NCBI GenBank assembly: GCA_009919005.1
Contig: RGCW01000001.1
Coordinates: 13,591-77,590 of the forward strand
Direction of reading: 5' to 3'
DNA: 64,000 nucleotides
Source: Candidatus Aquidulcis sp.
GTDB lineage: Bacteria > Chloroflexota > Limnocylindria > Limnocylindrales > Limnocylindraceae
Below, piece by piece: positions 46,789 to 58,607 of this stretch. Position 1 is the first letter of the stretch. The number at the start of each line of letters is the position of its first letter. The position numbers and the translations under genes are program-made. Below the pieces are notes generated by a model. The model was not told the DNA's origin and searched no databases. It saw only the letters and a list, made by a program, of their open reading frames with translations.

Positions 46789-47400
46789 CTACAGACGATC
46801 AGCAATCTCAGTGATTGAGTGCACTAGCAATGCCGACCAGCCTTCAAGCTCTTGTCGGCGGCGGAGAACTTCACTAACGGGGACCAAGGAGCCTGCAAGC
46901 TTTTCGCGCTCGCGAATGACGATGTCGGTCGAGGAGAGAAGTGCGAGGAACACGATTCCAAGGTGGACCCGACCAACATCGCTGACATCGTCGTTAAGCA
47001 ACCCGATCGGAGTGAACTCAGGCAGATGAGGGGTCAAAACCTCTTCGTTCCACTCACGTGCCAGTGCCGACCGTATCCCGCCGTCAGTCGGCGAGACATG
47101 CCCGCCGACACCAAATGAGGCTCGCCCGTGTAGGCGCTTGTCACTTCCTCCTGCCAGCCGGTCCATCCAGAAGAGCTGTACCGATTCATGGTTGGCCTTC
47201 GCAGGTCGATACAGTGCCACGGCGTATGGGATGGGCTGTTTCCAGGTTGGATCGGATTCAAGCTCACGCCGGGGTCGTGGCCGCGCAAGAGTGTCGAGTC
47301 GTTCGATCTCCTGCTCTCCCTCCGCACGCGAGGCGAATTGACGGAGGCCAACCCAGGGGCCCGCAGGGAGGGCAAGCTCACGAGGGATCCCCACGATCAT
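46789..47400 (-). CDS. NUDIX hydrolase-like protein
   Basis: Nudix-box-like GGHVSPTDGGIRSALAREWNEEV. The start chosen is the internal Met (MIVGIP), which avoids overlap with tyrA. Confidence 0.5.
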   Translation of the reverse strand: MIVGIPRELALPAGPWVGLRQFASRAEGEQEIERLDTLARPRPRRELESDPTWKQPIPYAVALYRPAKANHESVQLFWMDRLAGGSDKRLHGRASFGVGGHVSPTDGGIRSALAREWNEEVLTPHLPEFTPIGLLNDDVSDVGRVHLGIVFLALLSSTDIVIREREKLAGSLVPVSEVLRRRQELEGWSALLVHSITEIADRL

Positions 47401-47432
47401 CTCGTCGGCGCCGTGTGCGAGAGGATCCGCGC

Positions 47433-48341
47433 TCACTCGCCCTCCGTTAACACGGCTCGCGCTGCCACCAGGCGACTTTCGAGATCGACTCGGCCGATCT
47501 CTGGATCGTTTTGAGCGGCCGCGAGACGCGCATCCCACTGCTCCAAGACGCGTCGAAGCGTTGTAAGGCGGCGTCGGACCTCACGCGCATTCGTCGCGAG
47601 GATGTCAGCCCCCATTGGGGCGGAGCCCCGGGCCAGGCGGGTCGCTGATTGCCACCCTGTACTAGCGAGCAGATGCGACATCTTCCAGCCGTCTGGGGCA
47701 TCTGCAGCCTCTCCGAGGGCGACGGTTTCAACCAGTGCCGCGGCAAGTAGGAGTGGCAAGTGACTGACGGCTGCAGTCGCCGCATCATGGAGCTCTGCCT
47801 CAAGGATCACCGGACGCGCGCCACACGAAGTAGCGAGCCGTTCAACCAGCGCGGCGGCTCCTCCGCCGTTGACGCCGGGAACGATGACCCATGGTCGCCC
47901 GAGGAAGAGCGTTGGTGTGGCGGCGCCAAAACCGGTCTCGTGACTCCCGGCCATTGGATGCCCGCCGCAAAAGCGGAGATTGCGTGCCGCAGCTTCACGA
48001 GCAATCCACACCTTTGTAGATGCGACATCGGTCACCACTGCGCCGTCGGCGAGTCGCCCAGATCGTCGACAAATGACCAATTCGTCAAGGATCTGCGTCA
48101 TCGCGATCGGCGGTGCGCAGAGGACCACAAGGCTTGCTCCGTCCACCGTTTCGGCAATCGAGCGCCCAACCGCATCAATGACTCCCGCTGCCAACGCCTC
48201 GCGTGGGCCAGCTTGGGTCGGTGTCCAAGCGACGATCTCAAGTCCGCCCTCGTCGAGGGATCCTACGCCTGCAGGATCGTCGCGTAGAGCGCGTGCGATT
48301 GAACCACCAATCAGGCCGAGGCCGAGCAGCGCGACCTTCAC
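47433..48341 (-). CDS. tyrA: Prephenate/arogenate dehydrogenase
   Basis: 302 aa; MKVALLGLGLIGGSIARAL Rossmann N-terminus and TyrA-like sequence. Confidence 0.85.
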   Translation of the reverse strand: MKVALLGLGLIGGSIARALRDDPAGVGSLDEGGLEIVAWTPTQAGPREALAAGVIDAVGRSIAETVDGASLVVLCAPPIAMTQILDELVICRRSGRLADGAVVTDVASTKVWIAREAAARNLRFCGGHPMAGSHETGFGAATPTLFLGRPWVIVPGVNGGGAAALVERLATSCGARPVILEAELHDAATAAVSHLPLLLAAALVETVALGEAADAPDGWKMSHLLASTGWQSATRLARGSAPMGADILATNAREVRRRLTTLRRVLEQWDARLAAAQNDPEIGRVDLESRLVAARAVLTEGE

Positions 48342-48347
48342 AAGGGG

Positions 48348-49754
48348 CTAGCCGACGCTGGCGATAGCGTCGAGTGCGCGAATCACCGCGCGAATGCCGC
48401 CTTCAAAGTTTCCAAGATCCATAGACTCGTTTGGCGCGTGCGCATTGTCGTCTGGAGGCGTGAATCCGAGGAGCACAACCGGGAGTCCAAGCTGTTTTTG
48501 GAACAGCGCAGCAATTGGGATTGAGCCGCCCTCGCGAATGTATAGAGGCGAGGTGCCGAAGGTGGCCTCCAGAGCCCCCGCTGCCGCGGTGAGATAGGGA
48601 TCGCCGAGCGGTGTCAGGAATGGATCGCCATTTCCCAGATTACGCACCTCGACCGAAAGCCCCGCTGGCGCCGCAGCGCGGAGCGCCGCCTCGAGTTGAC
48701 GAGCAATCTTTTCAGGATCTTGGGCCGTGACGAGCCGGCACGAGATCTTCGCATGAGCATGCGCTGGAATGATCGTCTTCGAACCGTCGCCGGTAAAGCC
48801 GCTCCAGATCCCATTCACGTCCAAGGTTGGTCGGCCCCCACGTCGCTCGACAGTTGAATAACCTCGCTCCCCTGCGGTGGCTGTTGCGCCAATTCCCTCC
48901 AGGTAGCCCGCCTCGTCGAACGGGAGGGCGGCAAATGCAGCTCGGTCAGTTGGAGAAAGCTCAACCACGTCATCATAGAAGCCTGGAACCGTGATGCGTC
49001 CCGACTCATCATGCAGCGATGCAATCATCGCCGCCAGCGCGTTCGCGGGGTTTACCACCGAACCGCCATAGCTCCCTGAATGCAGATCAACATCTGAAGC
49101 GCGCACGTCTACTTGGACGTAGGTGATCCCCCGCAGCCCCACAGTGAGTGCCGGTCGGTTGCCATCAAAGAATCCAGAGTCACTGATGATCACCGCATCA
49201 CCGCTGCAACGTTCTGGATGCGCGGCCATCCAGGCCTCAAGATTGACTGAGCTTGACTCCTCTTCTCCCTCAAATAGGTACTTCACATTGACGGGTAGCG
49301 TGCCGCGCGTTGCCATGAGGGCGTCGAGGGCGCTGAGATGAATGACGATCTGTCCCTTATCGTCGGCAGCGCCGCGACCAAGCATGCGACCGTCGCGAAC
49401 GATCGGCTCAAACGGACTCGTCTTCCAGAGTTCACGTGGATCGCCAGGCTGCACGTCATAGTGTCCGTAGATCACGATGGTGGGGAGCGATGGATTAACG
49501 ATCTTCTCTGCAACAACGATCGGATGACCACCAGTTTCGCTCACCTCGATCCGCTCAGCCCCAATGCGGCGGAGTTCCGTCGCAAGCCACTCGGCGGCGG
49601 CACGGCAATCGGCGGCGTGTTCCGGAAGCGCTGAGACGCTCGGGATCTTCAGGAACTCTTCGTATTTCGCCATGCGGGAGGCTGCATTTGCCACGAGGTG
49701 GGCCTCTTCTGGCCCCTCTAGCCCCCTCCAGGAGAGTGATGGGGCGTATGCCAT
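48348..49754 (-). CDS. M20-family dipeptidase
   Basis: 468 aa with YGHYDVQP and GRGAADDKG metal-binding motifs. Confidence 0.8.
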   Translation of the reverse strand: MAYAPSLSWRGLEGPEEAHLVANAASRMAKYEEFLKIPSVSALPEHAADCRAAAEWLATELRRIGAERIEVSETGGHPIVVAEKIVNPSLPTIVIYGHYDVQPGDPRELWKTSPFEPIVRDGRMLGRGAADDKGQIVIHLSALDALMATRGTLPVNVKYLFEGEEESSSVNLEAWMAAHPERCSGDAVIISDSGFFDGNRPALTVGLRGITYVQVDVRASDVDLHSGSYGGSVVNPANALAAMIASLHDESGRITVPGFYDDVVELSPTDRAAFAALPFDEAGYLEGIGATATAGERGYSTVERRGGRPTLDVNGIWSGFTGDGSKTIIPAHAHAKISCRLVTAQDPEKIARQLEAALRAAAPAGLSVEVRNLGNGDPFLTPLGDPYLTAAAGALEATFGTSPLYIREGGSIPIAALFQKQLGLPVVLLGFTPPDDNAHAPNESMDLGNFEGGIRAVIRALDAIASVG

Positions 49755-51725
<1,971 letters not shown>

Positions 51726-51761
51726 CAGTTACCTCCGTTCTCCGTACGCCTTGAAGGTGCA

Positions 51762-51836
51762 TGGTAGCGAGGGCAGGAATCGAACCTGCTACCAAGGGCT
51801 TATGAATCCCCTGCTCTACCGGTGAGCTACCCCGCC
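51762..51836 (-). tRNA. tRNA with CAU anticodon (elongator tRNA-Met or tRNA-Ile2)
   Basis: Reverse complement GGCGGGG-TA-GCTC-ACCGGTA-GAGC-A-GGGGA-TTCATAA-GCCCT-TGGTA-GCAGG-TTCGATT-CCTGC-CCTCGCT-A-CCA. T-loop and D-arm are canonical. The acceptor has two G-U pairs and the anticodon stem has an A31/G39 mismatch, so the exact identity is less certain. Confidence 0.7.
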
Positions 51837-51921
51837 ATGCCCCTGCATAGGATACCGAACGGGGCTCACCCACGCACCCTAGCCATAGGGCACGCTAGAG
51901 GCGATCCGCTAGGCTCCAAGG

Positions 51922-52395
51922 ATGTTGCGAATCCTTATCCTGTGCCATGGCAATATCTGCCGCTCCCCCCTCGCTGAGGTTCTCGTTGAGGCCGCTGTGA
52001 GCAACGACCCCCAGTTGGCTGGAAAGGTCACCATCGTGAGCGCAGGGACGTCAGACGAGCACCTCGGCGAGGCGATGCACGCAAACAGCGCCCGGATATT
52101 GCAGGCTCGTGGCCTGCGAACTACCCATTGCGCCCAGGTGTTTACCCCAGCGCTCGCCGCCACAGTTGACCTGGTTCTCGCTGCGGATCGCGCCAACCTT
52201 CGCAACGGTCGCGCCATCATTCGGTCCTCAGATCGGCAGCCCGAGATTCGACTCCTGCGAGATTTTGACCAGAACGCCAGAGGTCGAGATCTAGACGATC
52301 CGTGGGGCTCGCCGATGTCTGCATACGAGCGCACTGCAGCGGAGATCAGCGATGCGATCCCAGGATTACTCGCGGAGCTTCGAGATCGTCTGTAG
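51922..52395 (+). CDS. Low-molecular-weight protein-tyrosine phosphatase
   Basis: 157 aa; N-terminal CX5R P-loop LCHGNICRSPLAE. Confidence 0.85.
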   Translation: MLRILILCHGNICRSPLAEVLVEAAVSNDPQLAGKVTIVSAGTSDEHLGEAMHANSARILQARGLRTTHCAQVFTPALAATVDLVLAADRANLRNGRAIIRSSDRQPEIRLLRDFDQNARGRDLDDPWGSPMSAYERTAAEISDAIPGLLAELRDRL

Positions 52396-52397
52396 CG

Positions 52398-53423
52398 CTA
52401 TTTGAACGAGAGGATTGCGTCAACGAGAACGCGATCAAACGCCTCGGCATCAACCCCAACCGCGACGTCAACATCGGGAGTGCGACCTCGCGACGCGAGT
52501 CGTTCGCGATACCAGTCCGTGATGGTGCGCCCGCGTGCCAGATCGCCAAGTTCTACGTCGACGGCAGCATGTACGAGCGCAAGAAGGTTTGGCACGGCTA
52601 GGTGCGCCACCGCAACCGCATCATGGACCGCAGAGGCTGGCCAGTCATATCGCCGCTTGTGGAAAATTGCATAGAACCGCAAAAGGTCCGCGAAGATTTT
52701 TGCGGGGAGCGTACCTGCGGCGTCGAGGCGCTTCATCGCCGCCTCTCCAGTGAGCGCACGGTGCGTTGCATCGAGGCAGACCATCGTAATCGGGATTCCG
52801 GCCGCAAAGACGATCGCCGCAGCATCGGGATCAACATACGAATTGAACTCTGCCGAGGCGGTCACGTTCCCTTCGGCGATCGCGCCACCCATCCAGCAGA
52901 TGTGGGCGATCTTGGGTTTGAGCTCAGGATGGTCGCGAAGCAGGATCGCGATGTTCGTAAGCGGCCCCAGCGGTACGAGTGTCACCAGCTCACTTGATTC
53001 GCGCAGCAATGTCGCAATCAGGTCTACTGCACCAGCACCATGTTCAATGCCCGTGGGTGCCGGGAGCTCGGCGCCGTCGAGCCCCGAGTCACCGTGAACG
53101 TACGGCGCAACCCACAGCGGCCGGACAAGTGGAACCTCCGCACCTGCTGCAACTCGTACCTGGTGTTGCCCGAGGAGGGCGAGGGTCCGGCGAAGGTTCT
53201 CGTAGGTCTTGGGCAGCGACGCGTTCCCCGCAACGGCGGTAACGCCGAGCACCTTCAGTTCTGGTCGCGCAAACGCAACGGCGAGGGCCATCGCATCGTC
53301 GTGGCCAGGATCGCAGTCGATGATGATCGGTAGCGGCTTGGCAGGGGTACCGAGTGGCGCGCGGCGAGACGATGGTGGAAATGGCGTCGAAAGCGGTAGT
53401 GGATTCGGCTTCAGCTCGCTCAT
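52398..53423 (-). CDS. Nucleoside hydrolase (IU-NH family), copy 1
   Basis: 341 aa; N-terminal Ca-binding motif IIIDCDPGHDDAMA. Confidence 0.85.
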   Translation of the reverse strand: MSELKPNPLPLSTPFPPSSRRAPLGTPAKPLPIIIDCDPGHDDAMALAVAFARPELKVLGVTAVAGNASLPKTYENLRRTLALLGQHQVRVAAGAEVPLVRPLWVAPYVHGDSGLDGAELPAPTGIEHGAGAVDLIATLLRESSELVTLVPLGPLTNIAILLRDHPELKPKIAHICWMGGAIAEGNVTASAEFNSYVDPDAAAIVFAAGIPITMVCLDATHRALTGEAAMKRLDAAGTLPAKIFADLLRFYAIFHKRRYDWPASAVHDAVAVAHLAVPNLLALVHAAVDVELGDLARGRTITDWYRERLASRGRTPDVDVAVGVDAEAFDRVLVDAILSFK

Positions 53424-54439
53424 GGCAACTTGGCGAAGATAGCGACCATTTCGTCAGCGAATCGATCGCTGTCGATCGTCAGTCCTACATCACAGTTCGG
53501 CTCACGTTTGTCACGCTTAAGTCGGTAGGGATTCGCATCGCCAATCGTGCGACCGCGTGCGGGTCCGCTGGTTGCATCAACGACAACGTGGTAGCGCGAG
53601 ACGCCGACTAAATCTGGAATCGCTAGATGCAGGACGGCAACAGCATCGTGAATTGCCATCTTCTCTCCTTGGCCCCATGCGGCGGAGCGATCAAAAGAGA
53701 ACTTCAGGAGCTCGGCCGCAGCCTTCGCTGAACGACCTGGAAGCTGTGCGAATCGTTCAAGGATGGAGCGATCAAGTATGGCGTGATGGGTGACGTCTAG
53801 GCCGATCATGGTGATCGGCAGGCCGCTGCTAAACACGATCTCGGCCGCAGTTGGATCGGCGTAGATGTTGAACTCGGCCGATGCAGATGAATTCCCCTCC
53901 CCCACTGATCCGCCCATCAGGCAGATGTGCGAGATCTTGGGTGCTAGGTGCGGGAACGAGCGAATCAGAAGCGCGATATTGGTCAGCGGGCCGATCGGCG
54001 CAATTGCGACTGGCTCGGGCGATGACTCAAGGATGCGCGCCATCAGTGCCACAGCGCCCTCTGGCTCCGCTCGTCGACTGGCCTTCGGGAGTTGGGTACT
54101 TCCCATCCCGCTCTCGCCGTGGATCTCGGTGGCGCGCTCAAGTGGCCCAACGAGCGGACCAACAGCCCCCTCAGCAACCGGCACATCGTCGGCGCCATAA
54201 AGGTGCAGGAGGCGCAACGCGTTCTCTGTGCAATGGTGAACGTCTGCGTTGCCGCCGACGCTGGTGACAGCGAGAAGCTTGATCTCAGGTCGAACCACTG
54301 CGCAGGCAATCGCCAGCGCGTCATCCAGCCCTGGATCGCTGTCAATGATGAGTGGCAGCGGGTGTGCGACCGACCCTACAGGCGCCTGCCGCTGGGTCAA
54401 ACCGGCGGGCGGAAGTCGAAACAGTCCAACTGAGGCCAT
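53420..54439 (-). CDS. Nucleoside hydrolase (IU-NH family), copy 2
   Basis: 339 aa with LIIDSDPGLDDALA. Translationally coupled to copy 1. Confidence 0.85.
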   Translation of the reverse strand: MASVGLFRLPPAGLTQRQAPVGSVAHPLPLIIDSDPGLDDALAIACAVVRPEIKLLAVTSVGGNADVHHCTENALRLLHLYGADDVPVAEGAVGPLVGPLERATEIHGESGMGSTQLPKASRRAEPEGAVALMARILESSPEPVAIAPIGPLTNIALLIRSFPHLAPKISHICLMGGSVGEGNSSASAEFNIYADPTAAEIVFSSGLPITMIGLDVTHHAILDRSILERFAQLPGRSAKAAAELLKFSFDRSAAWGQGEKMAIHDAVAVLHLAIPDLVGVSRYHVVVDATSGPARGRTIGDANPYRLKRDKREPNCDVGLTIDSDRFADEMVAIFAKLP

Positions 54440-54452
54440 CCCTCCGTGCTCC

Positions 54453-55784
54453 TCAGCCTTGGTCGTACGGCTGACCGGCCGACGCCGGTCCGCGGACGCG
54501 ACCGATCAAGCCCGCGACAACGATGATAGTTACGACATACGGCACCGATCCAAGGATCTGTGGCGGGAACTTGACTCCGAGGCCCGCAAGGAGCGATGCG
54601 GCTGAAGAGGCCATGCCGAACGTCAGGGCCGCACCAAAGGCATAGATTGGATTCCACGCACCAAAGATCACCGCCGCTAGTGCGATGAACCCTTTGCCAG
54701 CGCTCGAATTCGGCGCGAATCCGCCCGTGCCGCCAAGTGAGATAAAGCTGCCAGCAAAGCCCGCAAGAAGGCCTGCAATGAGCATTGCGCGATAGCGAAG
54801 TCGCACAACATCAACTCCTACGGTGCCCGCAGCGCTTGGTAGCTCACCCGAAGAGCGCAACCGCAGGCCCCATCGTGTTTTGAAGATCATGTACGTGAAG
54901 AACAAGACGAGTCCCAACGCGATATAGAAATACGGACTCAATGCAAACAGGATTGGTCCAAACACTGGGATGTCTGACAGCACGGGAATGCTAATCGGAT
55001 CAATGTTCACCGGATTGTTGAATTCACGGTACGGCTGAAGGATGCGCTGGAAGATCACGCTCGTGATTCCGACAGCGCCAATGTTGATGACAGTTCCCGC
55101 AATGATCTGATCAACCTTGTATCGAATACCAAGTATTGCCAAAAAGAGGCTGATCAGCGCTCCAATGAGCGCTCCGCCGATCGGCCCCAAGAAGGCAATC
55201 CCCGTCACGCTCGAGACAACCGAACCAACCAAAGCACCCACCAGAAGCTTCCCCTCTACCGCGATATTGAGGAAGCCGCTGCGCTCCGCAACGATGCCGG
55301 CGATGGCACCGATTCCGACAGGAATTGCGAAGCTGAGCGTGTTCGTCAAGAAGACGGTGAGGTTCGCCGTCGTCCCATCAAGCAGCCGGGCCAGCAAGCC
55401 GAAGACCAGCAGCGGTGCGATCAGACCGATGGCCAGGCGCCACCGGAACGCTGCACCGCGCACGAACTGCAGAACTGCTGAGGCGGCGAAGGCAAGGGTA
55501 ATTCCGAGCCAGAGCGGCCCGACGCCGATCGTAAACGAAGTCTCGGTTCCTCCTACCTTGTCTACCCAGAATGAGAACTTCCCGTCCACGCCCCAGATGC
55601 CGGCTGCAACGGAGCCCGAGAGAAGCGCGAATGCACCGAACATGACGGCGCGGATGCGCGATCGGAATCGACCTTTCTGTGCCTCGACGCTCAGCTGGCC
55701 GCGTGCTCCGGTTTCAGCGTTGCGTGGTGCGTTCACGCGCTTGGGGCCCGATGTTCGAAGCTTGGAGCTTGGGCTCTTCTTCAC
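54453..55784 (-). CDS. ABC transporter permease (nucleoside/BMP-type)
   Basis: 443 aa polytopic permease in an operon with the BMP lipoprotein and tandem-ABC ATPase. Confidence 0.8.
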   Translation of the reverse strand: MKKSPSSKLRTSGPKRVNAPRNAETGARGQLSVEAQKGRFRSRIRAVMFGAFALLSGSVAAGIWGVDGKFSFWVDKVGGTETSFTIGVGPLWLGITLAFAASAVLQFVRGAAFRWRLAIGLIAPLLVFGLLARLLDGTTANLTVFLTNTLSFAIPVGIGAIAGIVAERSGFLNIAVEGKLLVGALVGSVVSSVTGIAFLGPIGGALIGALISLFLAILGIRYKVDQIIAGTVINIGAVGITSVIFQRILQPYREFNNPVNIDPISIPVLSDIPVFGPILFALSPYFYIALGLVLFFTYMIFKTRWGLRLRSSGELPSAAGTVGVDVVRLRYRAMLIAGLLAGFAGSFISLGGTGGFAPNSSAGKGFIALAAVIFGAWNPIYAFGAALTFGMASSAASLLAGLGVKFPPQILGSVPYVVTIIVVAGLIGRVRGPASAGQPYDQG

Positions 55785-56998
55785 GATCCCACCTTCGCTT
55801 TCGCCTGTCGCGGTCTCCCTCGAAGCCCGCTGAATGGATTCTTAAGGATCTGCATGGTGAGGCCCGGCGCGGCAATGAATGCAATGACCAGCGCCTGCAC
55901 AAAGAGCAACATTTCAATAGGGATAATCGTTTCAATTTGCATCAGTCGACCACCCTGCTGGAGGAAGCCAAAGACCAGCGCGGTCGCCACGACGCCAGAG
56001 GGTTTGGTGCGTCCGACCAGCGCGATCGCGATCGCCGTAAAGCCGACGCTCCCCTCAATTCCCGGCGCTAGTTGCTTCGCCATGCCCACCACAACAAGGG
56101 AGCCGCCCAGGCCAGAGATTCCACCCGAGATCAGCATGGCCGTGATAATCGAACTCGAGGCTCCGATCCCCGCATACTTCGCAGCCGCAAGGTTCAATCC
56201 TGCGGTGCGAAGCTCAAAGCCACGAGTCGAGCGGAAAAGGAACCAGCTCACCACGGCTGCGGTGATGAGCGCGATCGGGAAGGCGATGTCGAGTCGGAGC
56301 GCCTCAATTGGCAAAATGCCCGGAATATCTACGTACTTGCTCAACTCTTTTGAAACAGGCTGAAGGCGCTGCTCCTGTTGGATAAACTCCGAATTCATCA
56401 CGATGAAGAAGATGAGCTGGCTTGCGATCGAGTTCAACATGATCGTGGTGATCACCTCGCTCGCCCCAACCCTGGCCTTCAAGAAACCAGGGATGAAGGC
56501 CCACGCGGCGCCGCCGATGATGCCGAAGATCATGATCAACAGAATGGCAATCGGCACTGGCGTCACCCCGGCACCGAAGAGCAGCGCCGCAGTAGTGCCT
56601 CCGAGCGCACCGATGGCAAACTGGCCGGCGCCACCGATGTTGAAGATGCCCGTTCGGAATGCAACCGAAACGCCAAGGCCAACGAAGATGAGTGGAACTG
56701 AGGCCACAATGCTCTCAACTACTGGTCGAACGGCTCGAGTCCAAAGTTTGATGTCGCCACCAGAGGCAAACGCGTTCGCGTAGGTGGTTGGATCGCCAAA
56801 GGCCCCACGGAGGAGAGCCCCATATGCTGCAGCGACTCGACCGAGCCCAGCCCCAATGGCGCCGAGCGGATTAGAAACAAGGCCACGAATCATTTCGATG
56901 TCGGTGAGGAAGATGAACACGCCGCCTACGATGAATGCGACAAGCATCGAGAGGAGCGGGAGCTTCAAATCGTGGGCAATCCTGCGCAGCAGTGTCAC
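55781..56998 (-). CDS. ABC transporter permease (nucleoside/BMP-type)
   Basis: 405 aa polytopic permease; 4-nt overlaps with both neighbours. Confidence 0.8.
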   Translation of the reverse strand: MTLLRRIAHDLKLPLLSMLVAFIVGGVFIFLTDIEMIRGLVSNPLGAIGAGLGRVAAAYGALLRGAFGDPTTYANAFASGGDIKLWTRAVRPVVESIVASVPLIFVGLGVSVAFRTGIFNIGGAGQFAIGALGGTTAALLFGAGVTPVPIAILLIMIFGIIGGAAWAFIPGFLKARVGASEVITTIMLNSIASQLIFFIVMNSEFIQQEQRLQPVSKELSKYVDIPGILPIEALRLDIAFPIALITAAVVSWFLFRSTRGFELRTAGLNLAAAKYAGIGASSSIITAMLISGGISGLGGSLVVVGMAKQLAPGIEGSVGFTAIAIALVGRTKPSGVVATALVFGFLQQGGRLMQIETIIPIEMLLFVQALVIAFIAAPGLTMQILKNPFSGLRGRPRQAKAKVGS

Positions 56999-58503
56999 TT
57001 TTGAATTCCTCCCATCAAGAGCCCTACACGCTCACGAGTGGCGTCTTTAGCATCGAGGATTCCGACGACCTTCCCCTCATACATGACCGCTACTCGGTCA
57101 CCAAGGGCGAGCACCTCATCAAGCTCTGTGCTGACGATTAGTACGGCTGCTCCCGCATCTCGTTGTTCCACGATGCGCTTGTGAATGTATTCAATCGAGC
57201 CAACATCCAAGCCGCGAGTCGGCTGGGCGGCAATCACAAGTTTGACGTTTCGGCTGAACTCACGCGCGACGATCACCTTTTGCTGGTTGCCGCCCGACAG
57301 CGTCGCGATATCGGTATCAATCGACGGCGTTCTCACGTCAAAGTCGCGAACCGCCTGCTCTGCAGCCTGCGCGATTGCATTCCGATTCAGCACACCCTTC
57401 GAACTGTACGGTTCAAGGTGGTAGGTATTGAGGATGTAGTTTTCAGCTACGGTCATGCCCTTGACCATGCCGTCGCGATTGCGATCTTCGGGGATGTGAG
57501 CGACGCCGGCGGACGCGATAACTCGCGGGCTTGTGTTCGTCAGATCCTGGCCGCCGAGTTTGATCGTTCCCGAGTCGGATTGCCGTAAACCCGTGAGGGC
57601 TTCGACCAACTCCGTCTGGCCATTCCCTTGGACACCAGCGACGGCAAGGATCTCGCCACTGCGAACGTCGAACGAGACGTTATTCACGGTGAGCTTGCCA
57701 TCGTCATTCAGCACGCGAAGTCGATCTACTTGAAGAACTGGGGCAGCGGCTTTGGACTTGGAGCGCTTGACCGTGAGCTGCACCTCGCGCCCGACCATCA
57801 TCTCTGCCAACTTTGCGGAGGTTGCCTTCTTTGGGGTGGTCTCGCCGGCGACCGCGCCTCGTCGTAGCACAGTGATCTTGTCCGCCACGGCGATGACCTC
57901 ATTGAGTTTGTGCGTGATGAAGATGATGGAGGTCCCCCGCTTGGCGAGGCCACGAATGATCTCAAAGAGCTCGTCCGTCTCTTGGGGCGTGAGCACCGCG
58001 GAGGGCTCATCGAGAACAAGAATGTCGCTCTTGCGGTAGAGCGCCTTTAGGATCTCAACTCGTTGGCGGACGCCGACAGGGAGTGACTCAATCTTGGCAT
58101 CCGGGTCCACTTGAAGGCCGTGGCGCTCCGAGAGCTCGACCACCTGTTTGCGGGCGGTGGCTCGATCGAAACTGCCGAGGAGACCCCGAGTTGGCTCGTT
58201 GCCGAGGACGACGGACTCGGTGACGTCGAAAACGGGGACCAACATGAAGTGCTGGTGAACCATCCCGATCCCCGCCTCAATCGCCTGTGCAGGATCGCGA
58301 AAAACGCGCTCCTTCCCATCGATAAAGATCTTTCCCGAGTCTGGACGGTAGAGGCCAGAGAGAATGTTCATGAGGGTGGTTTTACCCGCCCCGTTTTCAC
58401 CAAGGAGACCGAGCACCTGGCCGCGGTCTACGGAAATGGAGATTCGATCGTTCGCAAGGACGCCTGGAAACTGCTTGGTGATCTTCTGCAGCTCAAGCCT
58501 CAT
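56995..58503 (-). CDS. ABC transporter ATP-binding protein with two tandem ABC domains
   Basis: 502 aa; Walker A GENGAGKTT plus a second ABC module, LSGGNQQKV signature. Confidence 0.9.
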   Translation of the reverse strand: MRLELQKITKQFPGVLANDRISISVDRGQVLGLLGENGAGKTTLMNILSGLYRPDSGKIFIDGKERVFRDPAQAIEAGIGMVHQHFMLVPVFDVTESVVLGNEPTRGLLGSFDRATARKQVVELSERHGLQVDPDAKIESLPVGVRQRVEILKALYRKSDILVLDEPSAVLTPQETDELFEIIRGLAKRGTSIIFITHKLNEVIAVADKITVLRRGAVAGETTPKKATSAKLAEMMVGREVQLTVKRSKSKAAAPVLQVDRLRVLNDDGKLTVNNVSFDVRSGEILAVAGVQGNGQTELVEALTGLRQSDSGTIKLGGQDLTNTSPRVIASAGVAHIPEDRNRDGMVKGMTVAENYILNTYHLEPYSSKGVLNRNAIAQAAEQAVRDFDVRTPSIDTDIATLSGGNQQKVIVAREFSRNVKLVIAAQPTRGLDVGSIEYIHKRIVEQRDAGAAVLIVSTELDEVLALGDRVAVMYEGKVVGILDAKDATRERVGLLMGGIQK

Positions 58504-58552
58504 CTACCTACGACCCTCCCCCGCTACCCGACTTGATGGTGATGTTCGAGTC

Positions 58553-58584
58553 CCTCGCCCGAGTGCCGAAGCACTCGGGCGAGG
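58553..58584. other. Intercistronic perfect hairpin (13-bp stem, 6-nt loop) between the BMP lipoprotein gene and the ABC ATPase gene
   Basis: CCTCGCCCGAGTG-ccgaag-CACTCGGGCGAGG, read directly from the sequence. Confidence 0.4.
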
Positions 58585-58607
58585 AGACTGCTCTGCACAG
58601 TGAACGA

